A model generated the notes under the pieces. It was given only the letters and a program-made list of their open reading frames with translations, searched no databases and had not been told where the DNA came from. A program made the position numbers and the translations under genes. A stretch of DNA of 64,000 nt from Myxococcales bacterium (GTDB taxonomy: Bacteria; Myxococcota_A; Polyangia; Polyangiales; Polyangiaceae), in the NCBI GenBank assembly GCA_043747615.1, contig JAYTOU010000057.1:32001-96000 (forward strand), in the 5' to 3' direction. Numbering within the stretch: position 1 is the stretch's first letter; each line of letters begins with the position of its first letter. Below, in pieces: positions 47,759-59,257 of the stretch.

Positions 47759-48097
47759 ATGCGAGCCCCGAAGGGAAATACATCCTGCGGCACTACGGCA
47801 TTCGGTGTGCTCGCTCTCGTGTTGGCGCTCGGCTCGACGTCGGCGTGCGGCGGCGTCTACTACGCAGTGCAAGTGAACGGGGCGGCGTCGCGACTCGCCG
47901 AAGCACGTGAGCTCGGAGCCGAGCAGCTCGCTCCGTACGAGTACTACTACGCGAAGTCCCACCTCGAGCAGGCCCAGGTCGAGGCCAGCGAGGCGAGCTA
48001 TTCCGACGCGGCCATCTACGCCGAAACGGCCGACGAATATGCGCAAAAAGCGATCGAGCTTTCGCACGCCGCTCACAAGGCGAGCGCTCGTCCATGA
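47759..48097 (+). CDS. DUF4398-like lipoprotein
   Basis: Lipobox TSAC; A…GAEQLAPYEY..A..HL..A pattern; coupled to the OmpA gene. Confidence 0.75.
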   Translation: MRAPKGNTSCGTTAFGVLALVLALGSTSACGGVYYAVQVNGAASRLAEARELGAEQLAPYEYYYAKSHLEQAQVEASEASYSDAAIYAETADEYAQKAIELSHAAHKASARP

Positions 48098-49179
48098 GTC
48101 TCTCTCGGGCCCTCGGCGCGGCCATCGCGCTTGTCGCGTTGAGCTCGGCATGCGTGCAGGGCTCGATTCTCCGCGGGCGCGTGCAAGGGCTCCAAGGCAT
48201 CGCCGAGACAGCCGAGAAAAACGGAGCGATTCGCTGCGCGCCGCGGGAGCTCGCCCTCGCGAAATCTCACCTTCGCTTTGCGACCACCGAGCTCGATCAG
48301 GGCGAGATGAGCAACGCAGAGAGGCATCTTCTCATCGCCGAGCCGAACGCGCGGGCCGCGCTTGCCCAGAGTCCCCCGGACCGCTGCGCCGAACGTAAGT
48401 TCATCGAGCCAAAACAGGGCGACCGCGATGGCGACGGTTATGCGGACACCGTTGATAAGTGCCCCGACGAGCCCGAGAACTGGAACGGGTATCTCGACCA
48501 AGACGGTTGCCCCGACGATCCCGACACCGACGGCGACGGGATCACCGACTCGAAGGATCAGTGCCCCCTCGAGCCCGAGGACGTCGACAACTATCTCGAC
48601 GACGACGGCTGCCCCGACCTCGACAACGACGCAGACGGCATCGTCGACACGCTCGACAAGTGCCCGCTCAAGGCCGAGGACTTCGACGGCTTCGAGGACA
48701 CGGACGGCTGCACGGACCCCGACAACGACGGCGACACCGTGCTCGACGTAGACGATTTCTGCCCGAATACCCCAGGATCGCCGGGTGGCACCAAGCCCGG
48801 TTGCCCGGGCCTCATCATCGTCACAGCCAAAGAAATTCGGATCACCCAGCAGATTCACTTCGAGTTCAACAAGGCCACGATCAAACCGGACAGCTTCCCG
48901 ATCCTCGACGCCATCCGCGATGCTCTCCAGGCCAACCCCAAGATCAAGCTCGAGGTCCAAGGCCACACCGACAACGTCGGAAATGCGGCCTACAACCAGA
49001 AGCTCTCGGGCGCTCGCGCAGACAGCGTCCGACAGTACCTGACGGGCCACGGCATCGAAGCCGCGCGGCTCACGTCGAAGGGCTATGGACTCACCCAACC
49101 CATCGTGCCCAACAACTCCGAAGCGAACCGCGCCCTCAACCGCCGCGTCCAGTTCATTCGCACCGAAGCCCCCCCCTGA
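48094..49179 (+). CDS. OmpA-family lipoprotein with thrombospondin type-3 (DxDxDG) repeats
   Basis: Repeated D.DGDG..D..DKCP…ED.D…DGCPD; IHFEFNKA, VQGHTD, NQKLSGARA and NRRVQF motifs. Confidence 0.92.
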   Translation: MSLSRALGAAIALVALSSACVQGSILRGRVQGLQGIAETAEKNGAIRCAPRELALAKSHLRFATTELDQGEMSNAERHLLIAEPNARAALAQSPPDRCAERKFIEPKQGDRDGDGYADTVDKCPDEPENWNGYLDQDGCPDDPDTDGDGITDSKDQCPLEPEDVDNYLDDDGCPDLDNDADGIVDTLDKCPLKAEDFDGFEDTDGCTDPDNDGDTVLDVDDFCPNTPGSPGGTKPGCPGLIIVTAKEIRITQQIHFEFNKATIKPDSFPILDAIRDALQANPKIKLEVQGHTDNVGNAAYNQKLSGARADSVRQYLTGHGIEAARLTSKGYGLTQPIVPNNSEANRALNRRVQFIRTEAPP

Positions 49180-49228
49180 TTTGGCTCTTTTTGCCCCGTT
49201 GGCAGCCATTTCGTTGTATCCCCGGGGC

Positions 49229-50923
49229 GTGAAAATCCTGGGCCGGGCTGGACTCGTAGCGGCGCTTTTTCTCCTCACGCTTTTGCTCATTGCGCCGGCC
49301 GCGTTGGCGCAGGGCAAGGCGGATGGTCCTGCAAAGGCCCTTCAGAAGAAGGCGATGGACGAGGATTACCTGAGCCTCGAGTTCGACAAAGCAGCCGAGA
49401 AGCTCACCAAGGCCATCGCGCTCTGCGGCGTCGATAAGTGTGCGCCTCTTTTGCGCGCGCAGCTTCGTCGCGATCTCGGCGTCGTCCAGATCGGCAGCGG
49501 CGCCGACAAAGAGAAAGGCTCAGCGAACTTCATCGAGGCGCTCAAGATCGAGCCCACCCTAGCGCTCGATCCCGACGTCAAGACGAAAGAGCTCGAAGCC
49601 GCGTTCGACGCCGCCCGCAAAAAAGCTGGAAGCGCGGCTACCGCGGTGGGTCCCGTCGGCCCCGCTCCCGCAGGAGATTTCACGCACACGCCCGTCGCCG
49701 GCCAGGCGGTGCGAACGCCCGTCCCGATCTTCGTCGAGTACGCGGGTACCGAAGTGCTCGCCAAGGTCATCGTCCGCTACAAGGGCTTCGGCATGACGGA
49801 GTTCAAGACGTTGGAGCTTAAGAAGATCGGCGTCGGCTACGGCGGGACGATCCCCTGCGTCGACGTCGGACAGCAGGGCAACCTGCAGTACTACGTGCAA
49901 GGCTTCAACGCCGCGAACGACCCGGTCGCTACCGCGGGCGATCGCAATAATACCTATAAAGTCCCCATCAAAACGAAGTTCGAGGGCGAGGCTCCGCACC
50001 TTCCCGACCAGCCCGCACCCACGCAGTGCGTCGACACTGGTGACTGCCCGCCCGGCTTTCCGTGCGCCAAGAAGGCTGGTCCCGAGGCAGTGACTGAAGG
50101 CGGATCGAAGGCCGAGGGCGAGGAGTGCGAAGAGAGCAGCGAGTGCAAGAGTAACGCGTGCAAGGCGAACAAGTGCACGGCCCCGGAAGAAGTGGGCCCC
50201 AAGAAAAGACGCATCTGGATCGGCATCGCCGGCGCGATCGACCTCGTGTTCCTCCCCTCCGCGCAGGACGTCTGCAAGCTCGACCCGATGACGGCCATCC
50301 CGACGAACTCGAGCGGGTACTACTGCACCAACAGCGACGGAGTCGACTACCCGAGCCGCACGGTCAAGGCCGAGAACGAGTCGCTTGCTCCAACCAAAGG
50401 CGGCTCGGTGAACGGCGGCACGGCTCTCGCCAACATCCGCGTGATGCTCACCGCGGACTACGCGGTCAACGACAACATCTTGGTTGGCGCTCGTTTCGGA
50501 TTCGTCGCGAAGACCTACCCCGGCGCGGCGGGTGGCCAGGACGGCCTCGTGATCTTGCCGATCCACGCGGAGGCGCGCTTCACGTACTTGATCGGAAAAG
50601 AAGCCATCAACAAACCCTTCGCGCCATACGCGTTCGGCGCCTTTGGGCTCTCGCAGTCTTCTGCCGAGGTCGACGTGCCGGTCTCCGAAGCTCCGCACGC
50701 TGACCCCGCATGCCCGATGGGACAGTGTCCCGGCGGAAATAAAACCGTCCAAGCGTGGGCCATCGGCGGTCCGCTCTTCGGCGCAGTGGGCGGTGGCGTG
50801 CGCGTCGCCATCGGTCCGCGCGCGGCGATCATGTTCGCGCCTCTGAAGCTCAACTTCGCATTCGGCAAGGGCTCGCTCATTCCGTCGCTGCAGCCCGAGC
50901 TCGGAGTCCAAGTCGGCTTCTGA
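49229..50923 (+). CDS. Multidomain exported protein with a Cys-rich segment and a C-terminal beta-barrel-like region
   Basis: Signal peptide, helical N-terminal domain, beta-sandwich-like region, CEESSECKSNAC..NKC, amphipathic strands ending VQVGF. Confidence 0.6.
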   Translation: MKILGRAGLVAALFLLTLLLIAPAALAQGKADGPAKALQKKAMDEDYLSLEFDKAAEKLTKAIALCGVDKCAPLLRAQLRRDLGVVQIGSGADKEKGSANFIEALKIEPTLALDPDVKTKELEAAFDAARKKAGSAATAVGPVGPAPAGDFTHTPVAGQAVRTPVPIFVEYAGTEVLAKVIVRYKGFGMTEFKTLELKKIGVGYGGTIPCVDVGQQGNLQYYVQGFNAANDPVATAGDRNNTYKVPIKTKFEGEAPHLPDQPAPTQCVDTGDCPPGFPCAKKAGPEAVTEGGSKAEGEECEESSECKSNACKANKCTAPEEVGPKKRRIWIGIAGAIDLVFLPSAQDVCKLDPMTAIPTNSSGYYCTNSDGVDYPSRTVKAENESLAPTKGGSVNGGTALANIRVMLTADYAVNDNILVGARFGFVAKTYPGAAGGQDGLVILPIHAEARFTYLIGKEAINKPFAPYAFGAFGLSQSSAEVDVPVSEAPHADPACPMGQCPGGNKTVQAWAIGGPLFGAVGGGVRVAIGPRAAIMFAPLKLNFAFGKGSLIPSLQPELGVQVGF

Positions 50924-50946
50924 GTCTTCTGAGTTGGGGGGATCAC

Positions 50947-52776
50947 GTGACCGAAGCAACGCCCAGAGAAACGATCGTTTCGCTCTTTCAGCACCAGGAG
51001 TCGAAGAGGCCCGCGCACCCAGCGCTCCGCACCAAGCGCGCCGGAGCATGGGAGACCGTCACCTGGGGGGATTGGGGCAAGCGCTCACGTGCCATGGCAG
51101 CCGAGCTGATTGCCCTCGGCGCGGCCACCGGTGATCGCGTGGCGATCTTCGCCAATACCCGCGAGGAATGGCTCTTCGCGGATGTCGCAATTCTCCTCGC
51201 CGGCGGGATCACCGTTCCCATTTACCAAACGCTGATTGGCGATCAGGCGGCGTACGTCCTCGACGACTCGGAAGCAAAAATCCTCTTTGCGGAGAGCGCG
51301 GCCTTCGTGCAACGCATATTCGACGTCAGTCCGGCTTCGATCGAACGCCTCGCTGCCATCGTGCTCTTCGACGGAGACGAGATGGAGAAGCTCTCGGTTG
51401 CCGTGCGCTCGAAGGTGACGACGCTGCGCGAAGTCCTCGGAAAGAAACGGAGCGACGACGAAGCTGCGAGGGTCGTGGATCGAGCCTCGAAGGTATCTCC
51501 GGAAGATCTCGCGACGCTCGTCTACACGTCGGGCACCACGGGGCCTCCGAAGGGGGTAATGCTCACCCACGAGAACTTCGCCTTCGAGACCGGATGCGTC
51601 CTGGGTCTGGTCGATCTCACCGATGCCGACGAGCAGCTCCTCTTTCTGCCGATGGCCCACATCTTCGCGAAGATCCTGGTGGTCATGCAGATCCGCGTGG
51701 GCTCGATCACTTCGTTCGCCGAATCGATTCTCAAGGCGATGGACAACGCGATGGAGGTCAACCCCACGTACATGGGGTGCGTCCCGCGCCTCTACGAAAA
51801 AATCTACGCCGCAGCGAACGAAAAGGCGCAGAAAGGGAGCCCGCTCGCACGGCAGATTTTCGCCTCGTCGATCGACGTTGGGCGCCAGGTGGCTCGCCAT
51901 GGAGAGCGCGGCGAGAAGATCCCAATGGTCCTCGCCGTGCAGAACGCCGTGGCCGACAAGCTCGTCCTGTCCAAGGTCCGCGCGCGGTTCGGAAACAGGA
52001 TCAAGTTTGCGATCACCGGGGGAGCGCCGCTCGCGAAGGAGCTCATGGAATGGTTCCACGGCACCGGGCTCGTGGTTCTCGAAGGCTACGGCCTCACGGA
52101 GACGACCGCGGCGTCGAACCTCACCCTTCCGAGCGCGTATCGTTTTGGAACGGTGGGCGGCGCGCTTCCAGGCGTCGAGGTGAAAATCGCGGCCGACGGC
52201 GAGATCATGATCCGTGGCCCCAACGTCATGCGCGGCTACTGGAAAAAAGAGGAAGCGACGCGCGAGGTGCTCGAAGTGGACGGCTGGTTCCACTCGGGCG
52301 ACATCGGCATCATCGACGAAAAAGGTTTTCTGAAGATCACGGATCGGAAGAAGGACATCATCGTCACCGCGGGCGGCAAGAACGTCGCCCCCCAGAACAT
52401 CGAGAACCTCCTCAAGCAGTCTCCGTGGATCAGCCAGGCCATGGTCCACGGCGACAAGCGACCGTACCTCGTCGCTCTCGTCACGCTAAATCCCGAGGCA
52501 CTCGATCGCTTCGCCAAAGAGATTGGACGCACCGTCGCCCCCGAAGCCTTCTCCACGGACGCCGATCTTCGTGCCCGCCTCCAGACAGAAATCGATGGCG
52601 CGAACGCCAAGCTCTCCGCGTTCGAATCGATCAAAAAATTTGCCATTTTACCCAAGGATTTCACGATCGAGGGGGGCGAGCTCACGCCGACGCTCAAGGT
52701 GAAGCGCAAGGTGGTCACCGATCAGCACCGCGTGATGCTCGACAAGTTTTACGACGGCGGGAAGGACGTCGCGTGA
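50947..52776 (+). CDS. Long-chain fatty acid--CoA ligase
   Basis: YTSGTTGPPKG, EGYGLTET, GWFHSGDIG, ITDRKKD and ELTPTLKVKR motifs. Confidence 0.93.
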   Translation: MTEATPRETIVSLFQHQESKRPAHPALRTKRAGAWETVTWGDWGKRSRAMAAELIALGAATGDRVAIFANTREEWLFADVAILLAGGITVPIYQTLIGDQAAYVLDDSEAKILFAESAAFVQRIFDVSPASIERLAAIVLFDGDEMEKLSVAVRSKVTTLREVLGKKRSDDEAARVVDRASKVSPEDLATLVYTSGTTGPPKGVMLTHENFAFETGCVLGLVDLTDADEQLLFLPMAHIFAKILVVMQIRVGSITSFAESILKAMDNAMEVNPTYMGCVPRLYEKIYAAANEKAQKGSPLARQIFASSIDVGRQVARHGERGEKIPMVLAVQNAVADKLVLSKVRARFGNRIKFAITGGAPLAKELMEWFHGTGLVVLEGYGLTETTAASNLTLPSAYRFGTVGGALPGVEVKIAADGEIMIRGPNVMRGYWKKEEATREVLEVDGWFHSGDIGIIDEKGFLKITDRKKDIIVTAGGKNVAPQNIENLLKQSPWISQAMVHGDKRPYLVALVTLNPEALDRFAKEIGRTVAPEAFSTDADLRARLQTEIDGANAKLSAFESIKKFAILPKDFTIEGGELTPTLKVKRKVVTDQHRVMLDKFYDGGKDVA

Positions 52777-52833
52777 TGACGTTCACGCAACATTGCCTTC
52801 CGAAGGTTGCTTAGCGACCTTACATTCTTCACC

Positions 52834-54072
52834 ATGTCGATTCCTCATGTGCTGATCGTCGGCGGCGGATTCGGAGGTCTGACGGCGGCTCAGGCGCTGA
52901 AGAACGCGCCGGTGCGGATCACGCTTCTGGATCGAACGAACCATCACCTGTTTCAGCCGCTCCTCTACCAGGTGGCCATGGCTGGGCTCTCGCCGGCGGA
53001 CATCGCTTCTCCGATCCGCTCGGTCCTCTCGAGGCAAAAGAACGTCACCGTTCTTCTCGAGGAAGTGGCTGCGTTCGATCTAGCCGCCAAGTCGGTGCGC
53101 ACGGACAAGGACACCCTCACATACGACTTTCTGATTCTCGCGATGGGCGCGCAGACGGACTACTTCGGTCACCGGGAGTGGGAAGCGTTCGCCCCCGGGT
53201 TGAAGAGTCTCGGGGACGCTACCGAGATCCGTCGTCGCGTTCTCATGGCCTTCGAGCGCGCGGAGTGCGAGAGGGACGACCGCGAGCGCACGCGACTTCT
53301 AACCTTCGTGGTGATCGGAGCTGGCCCCACCGGCGTCGAGCTCGCGGGCGCGCTGGCCGAGCTGTCGAAATTCGTGCTCGGCAGGGATTTTCGCGCGATA
53401 GATCTCTCCGCGACGCGCGTAGTCCTTCTTGAAGGAGGGGCTCGGGTCCTCGCGCCGTTTCCGCCGGAGCTCTCTCTCAAGGCAGAAAAGCAGCTCAAAG
53501 ATCTGGGCGTCGAAATTCGTCTCGACAGCCTGGTCACGCGCATCGATGAAACCGGCGTCGAAATCGGCGCCGAAAAAATCGAGGCCGCGACGGTTCTCTG
53601 GGCCGCAGGCGTTCGGCCGGAGCCACTCGTCGCGGAGATCGGCGTTCCTGTCGACCGCGGTGGGCGGGCGATCGTGGAGAGCGATCTTGCGCTCCCCGGT
53701 CACCCCGAGGTGTTCGCCATCGGAGACATGGCGCTCTTCAAGGACGACGATGGACGACCCCTTCCTGGGGTCAGCCCGGTCGCGATGCAGCAGGCCCGCT
53801 TCGTCGCAAAATGTATTGCGCATCCCGATCGCCCGCGTGGAACGTTTCGCTACTCCGACAAAGGAACGATGGCGACCATCGGGAGGTCACGGGCAGTGGC
53901 CGTCTCGCACAAACTGAAAATGAGCGGGTTTCTCGCCTGGATGGCGTGGCTCGTGGTGCACCTGTGGTTTCTCATCGGCTTCCGCAGCCGCGTCGTGGTG
54001 ATGTTCGAGTGGGCCTGGTCGTACTTCACGTACCGCCGCGGAGCGCGTCTCATCCTCGGAAAAAAAAGCTAG
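52834..54072 (+). CDS. ndh: Type II NADH:quinone oxidoreductase
   Basis: GGGFGG, HLFQPLLYQVA, GAGPTGVELAG, WAAGV, FAIGD, AMQQ and KGTMATIGR motifs. Confidence 0.9.
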   Translation: MSIPHVLIVGGGFGGLTAAQALKNAPVRITLLDRTNHHLFQPLLYQVAMAGLSPADIASPIRSVLSRQKNVTVLLEEVAAFDLAAKSVRTDKDTLTYDFLILAMGAQTDYFGHREWEAFAPGLKSLGDATEIRRRVLMAFERAECERDDRERTRLLTFVVIGAGPTGVELAGALAELSKFVLGRDFRAIDLSATRVVLLEGGARVLAPFPPELSLKAEKQLKDLGVEIRLDSLVTRIDETGVEIGAEKIEAATVLWAAGVRPEPLVAEIGVPVDRGGRAIVESDLALPGHPEVFAIGDMALFKDDDGRPLPGVSPVAMQQARFVAKCIAHPDRPRGTFRYSDKGTMATIGRSRAVAVSHKLKMSGFLAWMAWLVVHLWFLIGFRSRVVVMFEWAWSYFTYRRGARLILGKKS

Positions 54073-54144
54073 CCGCGCAGGCCTTGGCGCTCTCATTCGC
54101 CGCGCAGGCTCAAGCACGCTGCGAGAACGAGAAGACCGAGAATC

Positions 54145-54609
54145 TCAGTGCCCGTGACCTTCGGCAGGAGCGTGCCCTTCGCCGGGCGTGCCTTCGTGCT
54201 CGGGCTTCGGCTCGGGGCGCGTGTCGCCGCCAGGAGCGGCGCTCCCGGTGGGCGCGAAGTACATCGTGCCTTGCGACTCGTCGATCTCACCGCGGCGCCC
54301 GGTGTCGTTCACGGTGTACGCGAAGAAGACCCCGATGAAGAGCAGCGACGAGACGAAGATGAGCGCGTGGAACTTGTTGTCGTTGCGCAAGTGCATGAAG
54401 AACAGGCACACGAGGGCCGCCTTGATCGACGCAATGACGATCGCCACCGCCAGGTTCGCCGGGCCGAGGTGCACGTACGATACGCCAACCGTTGCCACCG
54501 TGAGCGTGATCAGCGCAGCGAAGATGGCCAAGTAGAACTTGATGGACGAGATGTGAGCGTGCACGCGCCCGTCGTCGTGATCCTCGTGGGCATTTTCGTG
54601 GTTGTCCAT
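54145..54609 (-). CDS. Cytochrome c oxidase subunit IV
   Basis: Three TM helices, IKAALVCLFFMHL motif; downstream of subunit III. Confidence 0.88.
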   Translation of the reverse strand: MDNHENAHEDHDDGRVHAHISSIKFYLAIFAALITLTVATVGVSYVHLGPANLAVAIVIASIKAALVCLFFMHLRNDNKFHALIFVSSLLFIGVFFAYTVNDTGRRGEIDESQGTMYFAPTGSAAPGGDTRPEPKPEHEGTPGEGHAPAEGHGH

Positions 54610-54616
54610 GGGGGCC

Positions 54617-55314
54617 TCAGTCAATCAAGTAGAGAAGCGGGAAGAGATAGATCCAGACGAGGTCGACGAGGTGCCAGTAGAGGGCCGCGAGATCGACCGG
54701 AGTGAAGTACTCCTTGGAGAACTCGCCCCTCTCGTTGCGGCGCCAGATCCAGGTGAGGACGCCGATGCCGACGAGGATGTGGATGGCGTGGACGCCCGTC
54801 ATCATGAAATAAATCGAGAAGAAGATGCTCGATTTTTCGGGGACCATCCCGTGCTCGAGATGGTGAGGATGAAAATACGGTCCGGGGAGGAGACCGCTGT
54901 GGAACTTGTGGCCGTACTCGAAGTACTTCACCACCAAGAAGGCGATCGCGCAGGCGATGGTGACGAGCAGCAGTCGGCCGGTCATCTTCTTCTGTCCGAG
55001 CTGAGCGGAGCGCACCGCGAGGGCGGCCGTCAAGCTGCTGAAGAGAAGGACGATCGTGTTGAGCGCTCCCATGGTCTTGTCGAGCTGGTGCGAGCCCGCG
55101 GAGAAGGCGCCCGGGTACCAGTTGCGAAAGACCCCGTAGGCAACGAAGAGACCGCTGAAGAACAGGAGCTCCTGGCCCAGGAAGATCCACATGCCGAGCT
55201 TCGCCGCGCCGAACTGCTGGGCGGGAGTATCGAAATGGTGCTGGAGGAACTTGGGGTGCGCGTGCTCCCCATGACCTCCCTCTACGTGCTCGGTGGCCGC
55301 GGCTTCGGTGGCGC

Positions 55315-55318
<4 letters not shown>
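54617..55318 (-). CDS. coxC: Cytochrome c oxidase subunit III
   Basis: [20 protein letters not shown] and [10 protein letters not shown] motifs. Confidence 0.93.
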
Positions 55319-56973
<1,655 letters not shown>

Positions 56974-56997
56974 GATGCGTTCTTCCTTGTCTGCTCT

Positions 56998-57036
56998 TCT
57001 GGTGTCTAACTCTGGTGTCTAACTCTGGTGTCTAAA
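56998..57036. repeat. 3 x 13-bp tandem repeat (TCTGGTGTCTAAC)
   Basis: Two perfect units and one with a terminal mismatch; the repeat includes the coxB stop codon. Confidence 0.9.
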
Positions 57037-57964
57037 GCGTCTTCATGTACGCAATGATCGCGTCGATCTGCTTGTCGTTGAAAACGAACGGCGGCATCAC
57101 GACGGTGCTGTAGCCACTCACGATTTTCGCTTGCGGCATCGCGATCGACTCCTTGACGTAGTTTTCGTCGATCGTCAGCTTCAGGCCGTTGCTCATCAAT
57201 TCTTCGCGATGCCAGATGCCCTTCCACGTCGGCCCAGACATCTTCGAGCCGTCGATCGAGTGGCACGTGTTGCAGCTATTCTGCTTGTAGAGTCGAGCGC
57301 CCCACGCGGCCGGCAATTCACCAGCCTCGGCGCCTGCGCCCTCCTTCATGAATTTTTCGTACTCGTCGTTCGACACCACCCGGATGGTGGCGAGCATGCC
57401 CGAGTGGCTAGTGCCGCAGTACTCGGCGCAGAACACCTGCATGTCACCGAGCTTGATCGGCGTGAAGGAGATGGTCGAGTACATGCCCGGCACGGCGTCC
57501 TTCTTCAGACGCGAGCCCGGGACGTAGAAGCTGTGAAGAACGTCCTCGGAAGAGATGACGAACTTGACCGGCTTGTTGACGGGAATGCGCAGGATGCCGT
57601 TCTCCCGCATCCCGTTCGGATACTCGAATTCCCATTTCCATTTAGCGGCGCGCACCCGGATCTCGGTGGCACCGTCTGCGGCGACTGCGTTGTGCACGTA
57701 GACTTTGAAGCCGTAGTGGAACGGGATGACGATCAGTACGAGCGGGATGATCGTCCACGCAAGCTCGAGGGTGAGCATGTGCCCGACCGGGGCCGCTTTC
57801 ACGCCGGGCCGACGCCTGTATTCCCACGCGAAGTATACGATGCAAAAAAGGATGATCGCCGTGAAGACGACGCTGAACCAGAAGACGATCATGTAGAGAT
57901 CGTCGACCTCGGCGGCACCGGTCGAGAGCTGCTCGGGGAGCTGGAACGTCTGGGGATTGATCAT
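57032..57964 (-). CDS. coxB: Cytochrome c oxidase subunit II with a fused cytochrome c (caa3 type)
   Basis: LELAWTIIP, DVLHSF, CuA CAEYCGTSHSGM, C-terminal CNTCH…MPP. Confidence 0.95.
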   Translation of the reverse strand: MINPQTFQLPEQLSTGAAEVDDLYMIVFWFSVVFTAIILFCIVYFAWEYRRRPGVKAAPVGHMLTLELAWTIIPLVLIVIPFHYGFKVYVHNAVAADGATEIRVRAAKWKWEFEYPNGMRENGILRIPVNKPVKFVISSEDVLHSFYVPGSRLKKDAVPGMYSTISFTPIKLGDMQVFCAEYCGTSHSGMLATIRVVSNDEYEKFMKEGAGAEAGELPAAWGARLYKQNSCNTCHSIDGSKMSGPTWKGIWHREELMSNGLKLTIDENYVKESIAMPQAKIVSGYSTVVMPPFVFNDKQIDAIIAYMKTL

Positions 57965-58848
57965 GAAGTTTCCGTTGCGTGATCGCCGGGCGGGGCTTCT
58001 TTGAGGTCTGGGCCGCGGCTGCGTTTACGTTCGCGAACGAACATGAGCGCGAGGAACGAACCGAGAATCAAGACGGTGACGCCACCACCGAGGCGCATCA
58101 GGTTTCTCGCAAAGGGCACGTATTTCCCTTCCTGCGGATCGTAGCGATAGCAGTAGAGCATCACCTTCTCGATCGTCGACGTGGACCTCCCGTTTGCTGC
58201 TTCGAGGAGACCGAACCTTAGATCTTTAGGGTCGTATTCGAGGCCGTACAGATAACGAGCCATCTGACCGTTGGGTTTGGCCAGCATGATCACCGCGGGA
58301 TGCCCGTACTGACCTTGCCGCTCGTCGTACTCGTATTCAAAACCTGCTGCGTTGGCGACACGATCGATCTCGCCCTTCTTGCCGACCAAGAAATGAAATC
58401 CGGCGCCCTCCGGATCGCGGCCGTAGCTCGCGATGATGCCGGCCCGTTTCTCGGCGGCGGTTTGGGGCGTGTCTCGGGGGTCGATGCTGATGACCACCAC
58501 TTCGAAATCTTTGCCCGCCGTCCAGGGCACGATCTTCATGCTCGTGGCCGCTGCGTTCTGGACCATGCCGCACAGGACCGGGCACGAGTGGTAGGCGAGG
58601 ATGAGGAGCACCGGGTGCTCGCCTCGGAAGTAATCCCCGAGATGGGCTTCTTTTCCCGTGTGATCCAGGAACGTCGCGTCGAGAGGAAGCTGCGCATTGA
58701 GGTGCTCTCGCACGCCCACGTGCTGAAGCTCTTTCGGGACAGGTGCTTCGCCGGCTTGCGCCACGTCCGCAACGAACGCATTTCCAGCGACGAGCCCGAG
58801 GAGGCACGCGAGGAAGAGCGCGATGCGAAGCGGGCGCGCGGAGGTCAT
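57961..58848 (-). CDS. SCO-family protein
   Basis: YHSCPVLC (CxxxC) and conserved His (YGHPA); ACIII/oxidase context. Confidence 0.88.
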   Translation of the reverse strand: MTSARPLRIALFLACLLGLVAGNAFVADVAQAGEAPVPKELQHVGVREHLNAQLPLDATFLDHTGKEAHLGDYFRGEHPVLLILAYHSCPVLCGMVQNAAATSMKIVPWTAGKDFEVVVISIDPRDTPQTAAEKRAGIIASYGRDPEGAGFHFLVGKKGEIDRVANAAGFEYEYDERQGQYGHPAVIMLAKPNGQMARYLYGLEYDPKDLRFGLLEAANGRSTSTIEKVMLYCYRYDPQEGKYVPFARNLMRLGGGVTVLILGSFLALMFVRERKRSRGPDLKEAPPGDHATETS

Positions 58849-59249
58849 GGCGCCGCGTCTCCGGCCGGTGCGGCGGGGAGCGTCGGAGCTACGGCGTCTG
58901 GCATCGCCGCATTGTCGAACTTCGGCGCGACGCCGCCGGCGGGTACGAGGCGCGACCAGCCCAAGAGGGCCGCGGTGTCGTTCGACTGGACCGGCGAGAT
59001 CAGAGGAGAGCCTTCGCGGCCGTGTGCAATATCGCCCATCGCTTTGTCGATGCCGCCGAGCTTCGCTTGTTCTTCTTCCCGCTGCTTCCGAAGCTCGTCG
59101 AGAGGCGCGATCTTCGCCTTCGCCTCCGACTCGAACATGTCGGTGAAGTACGAATCGAAGATCGGCTTCAGGATGCCGAGCGACGCCACTGTGACGATGG
59201 TGAGCATCGCGATGAGTCGAGTTCGCGGGGGGCTTTGATCGGTCGCCAT
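58845..59249 (-). CDS. Small single-TM protein in the ACIII operon (ActG-like position)
   Basis: ATG after a GGAG SD, one TM helix, overlaps the SCO start. Confidence 0.6.
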   Translation of the reverse strand: MATDQSPPRTRLIAMLTIVTVASLGILKPIFDSYFTDMFESEAKAKIAPLDELRKQREEEQAKLGGIDKAMGDIAHGREGSPLISPVQSNDTAALLGWSRLVPAGGVAPKFDNAAMPDAVAPTLPAAPAGDAAP

Positions 59250-59257
59250 CGTTGCTC

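Noticed and set aside
48420..48770. Repetitive GACGGCGAC-rich DNA
   Set aside because: It is explained by the thrombospondin type-3 protein repeats of the OmpA gene.
54072..54109. 11-bp direct repeat GCCGCGCAGGC (54072 and 54099) between ndh and cox subunit IV
   Set aside because: It is short and GC-rich with no element between the copies, so it cannot be distinguished from chance or an old scar.
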